This document shows, piece after piece, positions 39,393 to 49,749 of a DNA stretch of 64,000 bases. How positions within the stretch are numbered: position 1 is the first letter of the stretch; every line of letters starts with the position of its first letter. The translations under genes were made by a program, and so were the position numbers. The notes below the pieces were generated by a model that was given only the letters and a program-made list of their open reading frames with translations, made no database searches and was not told where the DNA came from. The DNA comes from an uncultured Flavobacteriaceae bacterium (GTDB taxonomy: Bacteria; Bacteroidota; Bacteroidia; B-17B0; Aurantibacillaceae), in the NCBI GenBank assembly GCA_964387075.1, contig CAYLVB010000012.1, positions 81,210 through 145,209 on the forward strand. The letters run 5' to 3'.

Positions 39393-39647
39393 TTACTTCA
39401 AGCTGCTTACTTTTCTGGTAATTTTAGATTTTAAGTTAGCCGCTTTGTTCTTGTGGATCACCTTGCGTTTCGCGAGTTTATCCAGCATAGCGGTTACTTT
39501 AGGAAGCAGGGTAGCCGCTTCTTTCTTATCGGTGGTGTCACGCAGTTTTTTCAGCGTAGAACGGGTGGTTTTTGCCTGGTAACGGTTATGCAGCTTCTTG
39601 GTCTCTGTCTGCCTGATGCGTTTGATCGATGATTTATGGTTTGCCAT
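39393..39647 (-). CDS. rpsT: 30S ribosomal protein S20
   Basis: [13 protein letters not shown]...[19 protein letters not shown] box at 39668-39675 on the minus strand. Confidence 0.98.
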   Translation of the reverse strand: MANHKSSIKRIRQTETKKLHNRYQAKTTRSTLKKLRDTTDKKEAATLLPKVTAMLDKLAKRKVIHKNKAANLKSKITRKVSSLK

Positions 39648-39757
39648 TGTTCTTAATTATAGGGCTGCAAAGATAGGGCTTTTATTCACATTGACAAGGG
39701 AATAACTAAAAAATCCGGTAAGGAATTATGACCTTTTTTTCGCTTTTTTTGACCCTT

Positions 39758-40828
39758 ATGAGGCTCATTTGGGGCATATTGGGTTTTTTGCCGGTTTCGG
39801 GTGTTTTTGGGCAGTTCGTGGTAGATAAGAACCTGGTTCCCAATGGCAGTTTCGAGAATTACAAGCGCAAGTCAGAGAACATCAAGAACGCCATTCCCTG
39901 GCAGGGTATAGCCACAGTAGATTATTACCAGGGCACCCATCCCAAAGATACCAGCAGGTGCCGAGGGGCCCATGTGGGGGAATGTTTCGCGGGCCTCCGT
40001 TTCCAGAAGAAATACAAGGAGTTTTTGGAGGTAAAACTGGCCGAGCCCCTCAAGCCCCGGCAGAGCTACCAGTTCGAATGCTATATCAAACTGGCCACAT
40101 GGAGCAACGCCCAACTGAAGTCTTTCGGGGTTTATTTTTCGAAGGCGGGCATGCGGGCGGTCACATATCCCGAGAAGGATTACATGGTAGATACTGTATC
40201 GAAAAAAGGGGCTTTGGATGGACAGTATTGCTGGTTCAAAGTGAGAGGAGTTTATAAGGCCGGCGGGGGGGAAAAGTTCATCACCATAGGTAATTTCTCG
40301 CCCAATGTGCGCAAGGACATGCTGAAGATCACGTACAAGCCGGGTTTCAAAGAAGCTTATTATTTTGTGGATGACGTGAGTTTAAAATGGATCAAACCCA
40401 AGGATGAGGATGTTAGAATTGTGGACCTCGACAGCATGAAACGCTACGAAAAGGATTCGGTGTTGCAGGTGAAGACCGACGCGCATGTAGGGGAGAAGAT
40501 CACCCTCAAGGTTTCTTTTGAGTTGGGTAAGGCCTACTTGACCTCCGAATCCTTCCCGGAACTGAACAAACTGGCGCAATACATGTTTCGCCACTCAAAT
40601 TTCGTTATTTCCATCAATGGGCATTCGGATAATTCCGGATCCAAACGCAAAAATCAACGTCTCTCCGAAGAGCGGGCGAGGGCTGTTTTTGAATACCTGA
40701 TCACCAAGGGTGTGCAGAACAAAATGTACTACAAAGGCTACGGAGATGCCCTGCCCGTGGCCGATAATTCGACCGACGAGGGTAAGGCGAAGAACCGCAG
40801 GGTGGAGTTTGAGATAATGAAGGAGTGA
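39758..40828 (+). CDS. OmpA family protein with N-terminal carbohydrate-binding-like domain
   Basis: NLVPNGSFE...YYFVDDVSL, then INGHSD...NQRLSEERA...NRRVEF. Alternative start 39728. Confidence 0.88.
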   Translation: MRLIWGILGFLPVSGVFGQFVVDKNLVPNGSFENYKRKSENIKNAIPWQGIATVDYYQGTHPKDTSRCRGAHVGECFAGLRFQKKYKEFLEVKLAEPLKPRQSYQFECYIKLATWSNAQLKSFGVYFSKAGMRAVTYPEKDYMVDTVSKKGALDGQYCWFKVRGVYKAGGGEKFITIGNFSPNVRKDMLKITYKPGFKEAYYFVDDVSLKWIKPKDEDVRIVDLDSMKRYEKDSVLQVKTDAHVGEKITLKVSFELGKAYLTSESFPELNKLAQYMFRHSNFVISINGHSDNSGSKRKNQRLSEERARAVFEYLITKGVQNKMYYKGYGDALPVADNSTDEGKAKNRRVEFEIMKE

Positions 40829-40894
40829 TTTTCGACCACTCAAAACCCTATTTATTTATTTTTTTGCTACTTTAACGGCTGTATTTTAGAACCC

Positions 40895-42973
40895 ATGTCG
40901 ACAGTAACCCCGAGTTTGGTGAGCAAAGAAGTCTCCGTAGATATTTTAAAGAAGGCCTATAGCCTGATGTGTACCGCCAAGGCCATGACCGAGCTGTACG
41001 AAGCCAATAAAGAAGTTACCGCCAAATATGTGCACGCCACCTCGCGCGGGCATGAAGCCATACAAATTGCTTTGGGTTTGCAGTTATTGCCCCAGGATTA
41101 CCTGAGCGCTTATTACCGTGATGACAGCATTTTGTTGTCGATAGGCATGCAGCCTTACGAATTGATGCTGCAATTGCTGGCCAAGAGAGAAGATCCTTTT
41201 TCGGGAGGCAGAACGTATTATGCGCACCCTTCCCTGCGTCGGGAGAACATGCCCAAGATCCCGCATCAATCGAGCGCCACGGGCATGCAGGCTATTCCTA
41301 CCACGGGTGTGGCCATGGGTTTGCAGTATTTGGAAAAGGTGTTCCCTAAAAAAGGAGTTACCGATCCGCCTATAGCGGTTTGTTCTTTGGGCGACGCGAG
41401 CATCACCGAAGGTGAGGTTGCCGAGGCTTTTCAAATGGCCGTGCTCAAGAAATTACCGATACTTTATTTGGTGCAGGATAACGAGTGGGACATTTCGGCC
41501 AACGCGAAGGAAATTCGCGTGCAGGACGCCAGCGAGTACGCCAAAGGATTTAAAGGATTAGACACAAGAACCATCGACGGAACCGATTTCCTGAAATGTT
41601 ATAAGACCATAGAAGAAGTTATCGAACTGATACGCAAGGAGCGCAGGCCTTTCTTAGTGCACGCCAAAGTTCCTTTGCTGAATCACCATACATCCGGCGT
41701 TCGTAAAGAATGGTACCGCGATGACCTAGAAGAGGCTGCAAAAAAAGATCCTTTGCCCAAATTGAGGAACCGTCTTATTCTTGCCGACGTGAGCAACGCG
41801 GAAATGAAAAAGATCGAGGAAGAAGCCGTTACCCTGGTGAAAACGGATTATGAAAAAGCGGTTCAAGCCGAAGACCCGCGCCCCGAAGATCTTTTTACGC
41901 ACGATTTCGCGCCGACTCCCGTAACCGAAGAAAAAGGAGAACGTTCGCCAAAAGGAAAGCAACCCACCGTGATGGTGGATGCAGCCCTGTTCGCCATCCG
42001 CGAATTGATGGCGAAGCACAACGAGTGTTTGTTATATGGCCAGGATGTAGGAGCCCGTTTGGGCGGCGTATTTCGGGAAGCGGCAACCTTGGCGCAGCAA
42101 TTTGGTGATCATCGCGTCTTCAATACGCCCATTCAAGAAGCATTCATTATCGGTTCTACCGTCGGCATGAGCGCGGTGGGATTGAAACCCATTGTAGAAG
42201 TTCAGTTTGCCGATTACATCTGGCCGGCATTGAACCAATTATTTACGGAAGTATCACGTTCCTGCTATTTGTCTAACGGAAAATGGCCCGTGAGCTGCAT
42301 TCTGCGTGTACCCATTGGCGCGTATGGAAGCGGTGGTCCGTACCACAGCAGCAGTGTAGAGAGCGTGGTTTGCAATATCAAAGGAATTAAGGTTTGTTAC
42401 CCAAGCACCGGCGCCGATCTGAAAGGATTGATGAAAGCCGCGTATTACGATCCGAACCCTGTATTGATGTTGGAGCACAAAGGATTGTACTGGAGCAAAA
42501 TTAAAGGCACCGAAGAGGCCCGTACCATCGAGCCCGACGAAGATTATATCATTCCACTTGGAAAAGCAAGAATGGTTCAGGAAACACCAACCAGCAATGA
42601 GTTTTCTACCTTAACTGTTGTGACTTACGGCATGGGCGTTTATTGGGCGAAGAATGCATCAAAAAAATTTCCTGGAAGAATAGAGATACTCGATCTGCGT
42701 ACGCTATCACCATTAGACGAGGAGGCGGTGTTTGCAACGGCCAAGAAGCATGGTCGTGTTCTGGTGCTTTCCGAAGAGCAAAAGAGCAGCAGCTTCGCTC
42801 AAAGCGTTGCCGCGCGCATAGGCGAGAATTGCTTCGAGCAATTTGATGCTCCTGTTCGGGTATTGGGAGCTGAAGATATGCCTGCTATTCCGCTCAATTC
42901 TATTCTCGAAAAGACCATGCTGCCATCTACTGAGAAGGTGGAGAAGGCGATAGAGAGCTTGCTCAACTATTAG
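40895..42973 (+). CDS. 2-oxoacid dehydrogenase E1, fused alpha/beta subunits
   Basis: TPP motif GDAS...QDN, FNTPIQE, EVQFADY, GPYHS, ILDLRTL. Confidence 0.93.
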   Translation: MSTVTPSLVSKEVSVDILKKAYSLMCTAKAMTELYEANKEVTAKYVHATSRGHEAIQIALGLQLLPQDYLSAYYRDDSILLSIGMQPYELMLQLLAKREDPFSGGRTYYAHPSLRRENMPKIPHQSSATGMQAIPTTGVAMGLQYLEKVFPKKGVTDPPIAVCSLGDASITEGEVAEAFQMAVLKKLPILYLVQDNEWDISANAKEIRVQDASEYAKGFKGLDTRTIDGTDFLKCYKTIEEVIELIRKERRPFLVHAKVPLLNHHTSGVRKEWYRDDLEEAAKKDPLPKLRNRLILADVSNAEMKKIEEEAVTLVKTDYEKAVQAEDPRPEDLFTHDFAPTPVTEEKGERSPKGKQPTVMVDAALFAIRELMAKHNECLLYGQDVGARLGGVFREAATLAQQFGDHRVFNTPIQEAFIIGSTVGMSAVGLKPIVEVQFADYIWPALNQLFTEVSRSCYLSNGKWPVSCILRVPIGAYGSGGPYHSSSVESVVCNIKGIKVCYPSTGADLKGLMKAAYYDPNPVLMLEHKGLYWSKIKGTEEARTIEPDEDYIIPLGKARMVQETPTSNEFSTLTVVTYGMGVYWAKNASKKFPGRIEILDLRTLSPLDEEAVFATAKKHGRVLVLSEEQKSSSFAQSVAARIGENCFEQFDAPVRVLGAEDMPAIPLNSILEKTMLPSTEKVEKAIESLLNY

Positions 42974-43067
42974 TCGGCGACACGGATGCGGCCATCCTTT
43001 TAATTGTAGGTATAGCGGGCAGTATGCCAGTGAGAATTGATGTGCCCTGCTGATTAAGCGATACTAG

Positions 43068-44576
43068 CTAGTTTTTCCTGTAAGAAGGATTATAATAAAC
43101 AAGGATACTCAGCCCGCGATAGTTTGTCCACTTACCTATGAACCTGAATTTGCTGTTAAGGGCGGTCTCAACCTGCTTCTGCGCGTCGTAAAAATCAGCG
43201 AAGGTATAGGTATAATAGATCATTCTGTATCGCTCAAGTCGCTCTTCGTTAGGCCAGGTGTTGTTATAAGGCACATATACGCCCCTGGCGCGCAGGCAGG
43301 CCATTTTTATGGGATGCGACTGCACTGCAAAGAAGCGAGGTTCATAGTAATAAGATAAAAGATCGGGCAGGTCGTTTGTAATGAACGTGTCGGGTGCCTT
43401 CACGCGTTTGAAGAACCAGGCGGCCTTGTGGTATTGATCTGTTTCTGCACGGGGATAGGTCATGCTTTGAAACATAAAAAAGCTCAAAACCAGCATGCCT
43501 GCCAGTTTTACGTAAAAATTTATTCGCACAAGCGATAAAGTATATGCAAAAAGGAGCATGAAGCCCAGTAAAGTGAAAAGTACATAGCGCTTGAGAAAAA
43601 TGGGCGATAACCCTGCGGCCAGGTAAATGAGGTAGACCAGTAGAGGGCCGGTAGCAAAGGCAAAAATGAGAAGTTTAATAGAAAGGTTCTTATCACGCCA
43701 CCTTTTTACAAAGACAAGGATAAGCAGGAGTGCACCCAACACGGCCACGTGCACATTGAACATTGTTTTATTGTTAAAGAACTCGTAGATACAATCCTTA
43801 AATTGGCGGTAGGTGGGTTTTGCCAACCAGAAATCCTTGCCGCCACTAAAGAACAGTTGTGTCACCCGGTCCAACCAGGGATAGAGGAGTGCAAAAAACA
43901 CCACCAGGGACCCAACCAGGTATACCAGTTGTTTTTTCGGGAACCCAATTACAAAGAATTCTTTCGACCGGGCGGAATGATCGTCCTTTATGGGTCGAAC
44001 ACTTAGCAAGGGCCACAGCAGGAACTGTATGAAGAGGATAAAGCCAGTGACATAGTGTAGGTAGAAAAGTATTGCATTTATTGCCCCCAGCAAAATACAG
44101 GTAAGCAGCCGTGGCCGTTCCAATAATGAAAGGAAGAGATAGAAAGAGGATATTGCGCAAAGAAGAATGATGGAGTAGGTGCGAACCTCCTCACTATAGT
44201 AATAGATCTCGTTCGAGAAGAGGAACATGAGGGAAGCGAAGATGCCGGTCTGCCAGTTGAAGAAACGCGTGGCGAAAAGAAAGAACAAACCAGCAGCGAA
44301 ACTGTTTGCCAGCACAGAAAGCATACGAAGGGCGTATTCGGAATCACCGAACAGGTTGATCCAGTAATGAATAATGATCAGGTATAAAGGCGGGTTCGGG
44401 TCATCCTCGGCGGCAAACCGTATGATCTCGCCGATATCCGCTTGTCCAAAGTATGCGCTGAAATTCTCATCGTAACTAAGGCCTGTATGCCCGGCGTGAT
44501 ATGCCTTGAACAATAAGTTTACAATGAAAATAAGGAAGGCAGCATGGTAACGGTTACCAATAAGCTTTTGCAGCAT
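43068..44576 (-). CDS. GT39/PMT_2-like membrane glycosyltransferase
   Basis: LSYDE, NPPLY, SEYALR.LS, E.RTY; TATATTTG box 5 nt upstream. Confidence 0.85.
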   Translation of the reverse strand: MLQKLIGNRYHAAFLIFIVNLLFKAYHAGHTGLSYDENFSAYFGQADIGEIIRFAAEDDPNPPLYLIIIHYWINLFGDSEYALRMLSVLANSFAAGLFFLFATRFFNWQTGIFASLMFLFSNEIYYYSEEVRTYSIILLCAISSFYLFLSLLERPRLLTCILLGAINAILFYLHYVTGFILFIQFLLWPLLSVRPIKDDHSARSKEFFVIGFPKKQLVYLVGSLVVFFALLYPWLDRVTQLFFSGGKDFWLAKPTYRQFKDCIYEFFNNKTMFNVHVAVLGALLLILVFVKRWRDKNLSIKLLIFAFATGPLLVYLIYLAAGLSPIFLKRYVLFTLLGFMLLFAYTLSLVRINFYVKLAGMLVLSFFMFQSMTYPRAETDQYHKAAWFFKRVKAPDTFITNDLPDLLSYYYEPRFFAVQSHPIKMACLRARGVYVPYNNTWPNEERLERYRMIYYTYTFADFYDAQKQVETALNSKFRFIGKWTNYRGLSILVYYNPSYRKN

Positions 44577-44704
44577 GTTGGCAAATATAATAAAATAGTA
44601 GCATGCCGGCACCTATAGAACGCCTCCAACTAACTTGAAAACAGTTGATTATTTCTTGATAAAGTGTTACCTCGTTTACGCAATTAGCCTGTAACTTGCA
44701 GGGA

Positions 44705-45160
44705 ATGCAGAGACGGTTCAATGTTCGGGTCTATGGCATCCTGGCCGAGAAAGGCAAAGTGCTGGTATCCGACGAATACATCAAGGGCAAGGAGATCACC
44801 AAACTGCCCGGCGGGGGGCTCGAATTCGGGGAGGGACCGGCCGATTGCGTGGTGCGGGAGTTCGAGGAAGAAACGAATTTGAAGGTGGCTGTTAAGAACC
44901 ACTTCTATACCACCGATTTCTTTGTTACCTCGGCCTTTGATGTAAAAAGCCAGGTCATCAGCATTTACTATGTTGTAAAAGCTTTGGAGAAAATGAGGTT
45001 TCCTGTAAGTACAAAGAAATTCGACTTTAAAAGGAAGGTAGAGGGAGCACAGTCCTTTCGCTGGCTGGAAATTGATAAAATATCGGAGAATGATTTTACC
45101 TTTGTAATAGATAGAAAAGTGGGCAATATGATAAACGAACAAAAGAAATTATTTTTATGA
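44705..45160 (+). CDS. NUDIX hydrolase
   Basis: Nudix box GGGLEFGEGPADCVVREFEEETN. Confidence 0.92.
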   Translation: MQRRFNVRVYGILAEKGKVLVSDEYIKGKEITKLPGGGLEFGEGPADCVVREFEEETNLKVAVKNHFYTTDFFVTSAFDVKSQVISIYYVVKALEKMRFPVSTKKFDFKRKVEGAQSFRWLEIDKISENDFTFVIDRKVGNMINEQKKLFL

Positions 45161-45600
45161 TACAAAGAATTCAAAGCGTTTTGTTGTTGGATGTTGTGAT
45201 CGTGTCGATACTACTCCTGGTTTTTCCGTTCGTGAAGTACGAGAATCTTTTTAATGAATTCACACTTCGCGTGGTCAACCAACCTTTTTGCGGGACCTGG
45301 TATTACGTGGCCGAGGCATTGAACGCCCTTATTTTGATATTGGCTTTGGCCACGATCTTTCTTTTTAAGAATCGCCCTTTGCAATTCAAATTGGCGAATC
45401 TGATCGCGTTGTTAAGTGCAGGTCTATTGGCAGTTCTGCTTTTTACGGACGTAGTGAAGGTTGAAAGTTTTTTGGGTGGAGAGAAACAGGTGCAATGGCC
45501 AAGCTATTTGCCCATAGTTGCCATGTTCTCTGCGTTTGTGGCGGGCATGTTCATTAAAAAGGATGAGAATTTAGTGCGTTCGGCTGACAGGATAAGGTAG
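45157..45600 (+). CDS. DUF4293 family membrane protein
   Basis: MIQRIQSV, IFLFKNR.LQ, IKKDE.LVRSADRIR. Confidence 0.88.
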   Translation: MIQRIQSVLLLDVVIVSILLLVFPFVKYENLFNEFTLRVVNQPFCGTWYYVAEALNALILILALATIFLFKNRPLQFKLANLIALLSAGLLAVLLFTDVVKVESFLGGEKQVQWPSYLPIVAMFSAFVAGMFIKKDENLVRSADRIR

Positions 45601-45712
45601 GAGGTACAAGGTTAGAGGTACGAGAAAGGAATACAGTGGGCACGCAGAGGCGCAGAGACAGGAGGAATACAAGGGAATACAGAGAAGCTGACAGGAGTTA
45701 ATAGAAATACAA
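45596..45712. repeat. Short-period purine-rich intergenic repeats
   Basis: ggtagga-ggtacaa-ggttaga-ggtacga heptamers, ACGCAGAGGCGCAGAG, and four G(G/A)AATACA units. Confidence 0.55.
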
Positions 45713-45717
45713 GTAAA

Positions 45718-46281
45718 ATGACCGATATTTCAGATCCGACACAAGGTTCTTCAGACAAAGCAGTAACGCGTCCTTTCAATTTCATGAAATGGATCGAGGA
45801 GAACCGCGGTTCATTGAAGCCGCCCGTGAACAACAAAGTGGTTTACAAGGATGCCGAGTTCATCATCATGGTGGTGGGCGGGCCCAACTCGCGCAAAGAT
45901 TATCATTACAACGAAAGTGAGGAATTCTTTTACCAGTTAGAAGGCGATATCACCGTGCAGATCCAGGAGAACGGCAAGGCCGTGAAAGTTCCGATCAAAC
46001 AAGGGGAAATATTCTTACTTCCTCCGCGCGTGCCGCACAACCCCATGCGTGGAGCGAACACGATCGGCCTGGTGATCGAGCGCAAGCGCCGTGAGAACGA
46101 GAAAGACGGACTGATGTGGTTCTGCGAGAGCTGCAACCATAAGCTGTACGACGAATACTTCATGCTTACCAACATCGCCACGCAGTTCCAGGGTGTGTTC
46201 GAGAAATTCTATACAAATAAGGATCTGCGTACCTGCAAAAAATGCGGCCACGTCATGGAACCACCGCCCGTGATCAAATGA
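45718..46281 (+). CDS. nbaC: 3-hydroxyanthranilate 3,4-dioxygenase
   Basis: LKPPVNN, VGGPN.RKDYH..E.EEFFYQLEG, PHNP.R, and two CxxC rubredoxin-like pairs. Confidence 0.95.
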   Translation: MTDISDPTQGSSDKAVTRPFNFMKWIEENRGSLKPPVNNKVVYKDAEFIIMVVGGPNSRKDYHYNESEEFFYQLEGDITVQIQENGKAVKVPIKQGEIFLLPPRVPHNPMRGANTIGLVIERKRRENEKDGLMWFCESCNHKLYDEYFMLTNIATQFQGVFEKFYTNKDLRTCKKCGHVMEPPPVIK

Positions 46282-46292
46282 TGCGGGAATAA

Positions 46293-48302
46293 ATGAAACG
46301 AGTCCTCCTCTCATACCTGCGCGATAAGCACACCCTGTGGTACAAGCTGGGCCTGCTCTTCGTTTGTCTTGTACTTATAGTTTTGATGCTACCCAACCCA
46401 AACCATGCGGAGTACAAGTACGAGCTGAATAAACCCTGGGAGCATGAGGACCTGATAGCGCCTTTTGATTTCGCGGTCTATAAAACGGAAGGCGAGGTAG
46501 GGGAGGAACTGAACGCGATCAGGGAGAATTCGCCCCTTTATTATTTAGAGAACGACTCGGCCTTTAAGGTCTTAACAGAGAGATTTTTTGAGGAGAATAA
46601 GTTGAACAGATCTGAGGAACAGATCGTACGTGCCATCTTCGATACCCTGCAAAGAACGCGTATCATTCAATTGCCCGAAACCGGCTCGCTGTCCTCGCCG
46701 GTATGGATACTGCGCGGCAAAACAGTTACCGAAAGGCGTTTCGATGATTTCTATACCCTGGCTCAGGCGGATAGCTTTCTAACACTGGCCCTTGAGCGAA
46801 AAGGTCTGGAGCGCCTGTTAACGTCTGCCGAGAATGCCCTTATCCATACTTTGTACTTCAGCAAATCACTTACCTCGAAAAATCTAGACCAGGAATTGGG
46901 GGATATGGTGCTTATCAGGGATAAACGCATCAAAGGCCAATCCATCATCAACCGTGGCGACGTGATAGACAACGCGAAGATGGCCATCCTCAATTCATTG
47001 AAAAAAGAACTGCAGAAGCAGGAACGCTATAATAAGAATACCTTTATTGCCCTTTTCGGCAAAGTGGTTTACGTGGCGCTTTTGCTGGCCATGGTGTTCC
47101 TGTTCCTTGGTTTCTTCCGAACGGGTATCTTTTCGCAGAACACGCAGGTTACTTTCGTTTTCCTGCTCATTACCCTTTTTGTTTTCGCTTCTTCGCTTTT
47201 TGTCAAACATACTGAGTTCAGTCTTTACGCGCTGCCATTCGCCATTGCTCCTGTAATTATCCGGGCATTCTTTGATACCCGTACGGCGCTTTTTGTGCAT
47301 CTCAACATAATTTTGCTGGCAGCCATTTTTACGGAACAGAAATTTCATTTTGTTTACGTTGAATTGCTGAGTGGTATCGCGGCCATTTTTAGCATAGCCA
47401 ACCTCACGCGACGCTCGCAACTTCTCATCACGGCTTTCGTTACGCTTATCATAAACCTGGCGGCTTTCTGGTCGCTGCACGCCACTGAGATCGGCACCGT
47501 AAAATTTGCGGAGAGCAATCCTTTCTTCATCGCTTCGGCCTGTTTGCTTATTGCTTACCCGCTTATCTATGTGTTCGAAAAGATGTTCGGCTTCATTTCC
47601 GACTTTACCTTACTTGAGCTGAGCGATACCGGCAATAACCCTCTGTTAAAACAACTTTCTACCGATGCGCCTGGCACTTTCCAGCACAGCCTGCAGGTTG
47701 CGAACATGGCAGAGGAAGCCATTCGTCTGATAGGCGGGAACGCGCTGCTGGTCAGAACCGGCGCTATGTATCACGACATCGGTAAGCTACGAAATACTTT
47801 GTATTTCATCGAGAATCAGAGCGCGGGTACTAATCCGCACGAAGAACTTTCTTACGAAGAAAGCGCCAATATCATCATCGGTCACGTGATCAAGGGCGTG
47901 GAAATGGCGCGCAAGAGCAAATTGCCCGAGCAGGTCATTGATTTCATTCGCACGCACCACGGTACAACCCTGGCAAGCTATTTCTACTATAAAGCCAAGG
48001 AAGAAAGTGAAGGTGTGATGCCTGACGAGAAAAAATTCCGTTATCCCGGCCCCATACCTTTTTCAAAGGAAACAGGCGTGCTCATGCTTGCCGACAGCGT
48101 AGAGGCTTCTTCACGCAGCTTAAAGACCTACGACGCGCCAAGCATTGATGATCTTGTTGAGCGCATCTTTAAGTACAAAATGGAAGAGAACCAATTGATC
48201 AATTCTGATCTTACTTTGCGCGATCTTACTTTATTGAAAAAGATATTCAAGAAGAAATTAATGAATATGTACCACGTCAGGATAGAGTATCCAAAGGTGT
48301 AG
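46293..48302 (+). CDS. 7TM-HD (HDIG) phosphohydrolase, PgpH-like
   Basis: Extracellular domain, 7 TMs, APGTFQHS, YHDIGK, THHGT, MLADSVEA, RIEYP. Confidence 0.9.
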   Translation: MKRVLLSYLRDKHTLWYKLGLLFVCLVLIVLMLPNPNHAEYKYELNKPWEHEDLIAPFDFAVYKTEGEVGEELNAIRENSPLYYLENDSAFKVLTERFFEENKLNRSEEQIVRAIFDTLQRTRIIQLPETGSLSSPVWILRGKTVTERRFDDFYTLAQADSFLTLALERKGLERLLTSAENALIHTLYFSKSLTSKNLDQELGDMVLIRDKRIKGQSIINRGDVIDNAKMAILNSLKKELQKQERYNKNTFIALFGKVVYVALLLAMVFLFLGFFRTGIFSQNTQVTFVFLLITLFVFASSLFVKHTEFSLYALPFAIAPVIIRAFFDTRTALFVHLNIILLAAIFTEQKFHFVYVELLSGIAAIFSIANLTRRSQLLITAFVTLIINLAAFWSLHATEIGTVKFAESNPFFIASACLLIAYPLIYVFEKMFGFISDFTLLELSDTGNNPLLKQLSTDAPGTFQHSLQVANMAEEAIRLIGGNALLVRTGAMYHDIGKLRNTLYFIENQSAGTNPHEELSYEESANIIIGHVIKGVEMARKSKLPEQVIDFIRTHHGTTLASYFYYKAKEESEGVMPDEKKFRYPGPIPFSKETGVLMLADSVEASSRSLKTYDAPSIDDLVERIFKYKMEENQLINSDLTLRDLTLLKKIFKKKLMNMYHVRIEYPKV

Positions 48303-49749
48303 TTTTTTCCTCTTTCTGTTTCAGGTCCAAAACCACCAGCGCGGCAATGAAGCCCCAGAAAGGAATAGAAAGTTTATCGGTGTCCAAAAAGTTGTTCAGG
48401 AAGCCGTGCACAAAATAGGTTGTCAACCCAAGCAAAATGATAATGGCCAGTATCTTCTGGGACTTGTCCTTTGCATTGTAAACGGTTCGGAAGCCCATAT
48501 TGTAAACAGCGAAAAGTAAAGCAAGCATGAGCACTGCCCCAAGTACGCCTTGTTCGCTCAGCGGGCCCAGGTATTCACTGTGCGCGTTCCCGTTATCTCC
48601 TGCGTTGGTGGATATCAATGATTTTTCACTGGCTTTCTGGAAGGGTGCGTACTGGAACATATAGGTGCCGGGTCCCCAGCCCATCAAGGGTCTTTCCTGC
48701 CACATTTTAATGGCGCAGCTCCATCGGTTCAAACGCTCCAGGTTGCTGTCGTCGGTCTTGATGTTGGTGATCGATTCCAGGTTCTGCGAAGCGTCTTGCC
48801 CCGAAGCTGTACTGTTCTGCCCAAGGAAAATAAGGATCTGCGTTTGAAATACAAGGAAGATGGCCACCATGGAAAGCCCGGTAACAACAAGTGTGCGGAA
48901 TTTCACCTTAAGCATTAGGAATACAAGAACTCCCGCGGCTCCTGCCAATCCTACCCAGGCCCCGCGGGTAAAGCTAAGCACAGTTGCCGCGCTGATCACC
49001 ACCAAACAGAAAATAGTTACCAGGCGCTGTAAATAGGTAAAGCGTTTCAATACCAGGAAACCAATGAGCGGCGGAATGTACATGGCCAAAGCCGCGGCAT
49101 AGGCCGTATGGTCATTGTAAAAAGGAGAAGGGATCCAATCGGCAACGTGCTCATCAAAATTATAGGCGGCGTGTTGTATCGTTATCCAAATAGCCACGCC
49201 GGTAAGCGGAATGATATAGAGCCAAAGGTATTTGAAAACGTTGCCATCCTTCTTGTTGAAGAGGTAGGTCATCATGAAATAAGCCGAGCAGATGAACCAA
49301 AGACGCGCGATCAGGTATTTCAGGGAAACAATGGGCATTTCGCTGGTAACAGAGGTAATGCCCATCCAGAGCAATTGCAAAAAGATGATCCGGGTAACGG
49401 GATGTGATAAGACCTTGTGACTGATGAATTTGGTGTAGAGCTGGTAAATAGGAATGAGCAGGAGCACAGCTGCCATAAAAGGTTCTGTCGGTAAGCTCAG
49501 GTCAACATCCGAATTAACGCCCAGCTCTTTGATCGTAACCGCCAGCGGCGTGAAGAAGACGATAGAGAAAACAAAGGTATCGAAAGAGAAGAAGGCTACG
49601 AACAAAAGGGCAACCGCGAGTGGCACCAGGCTGTACGGAATGAAAAAACTCTTGTAGCGTAGCAAAACGAATACCAGCCCGAGAATGTAGATCCCGCACG
49701 ACAGGTAAAAGAACAGGAGTGTTCTATTTTTCTGAAGTGATTTGTTCAT
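48277..49749 (-). CDS. O-antigen ligase / Wzy-like polymerase family protein
   Basis: Multi-TM, LSFTRGAW, SNLER...W, GWGPG, NAHSEYL..L.EQG..G. Confidence 0.88.
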   Translation of the reverse strand: MNKSLQKNRTLLFFYLSCGIYILGLVFVLLRYKSFFIPYSLVPLAVALLFVAFFSFDTFVFSIVFFTPLAVTIKELGVNSDVDLSLPTEPFMAAVLLLIPIYQLYTKFISHKVLSHPVTRIIFLQLLWMGITSVTSEMPIVSLKYLIARLWFICSAYFMMTYLFNKKDGNVFKYLWLYIIPLTGVAIWITIQHAAYNFDEHVADWIPSPFYNDHTAYAAALAMYIPPLIGFLVLKRFTYLQRLVTIFCLVVISAATVLSFTRGAWVGLAGAAGVLVFLMLKVKFRTLVVTGLSMVAIFLVFQTQILIFLGQNSTASGQDASQNLESITNIKTDDSNLERLNRWSCAIKMWQERPLMGWGPGTYMFQYAPFQKASEKSLISTNAGDNGNAHSEYLGPLSEQGVLGAVLMLALLFAVYNMGFRTVYNAKDKSQKILAIIILLGLTTYFVHGFLNNFLDTDKLSIPFWGFIAALVVLDLKQKEEKTTPLDTLS

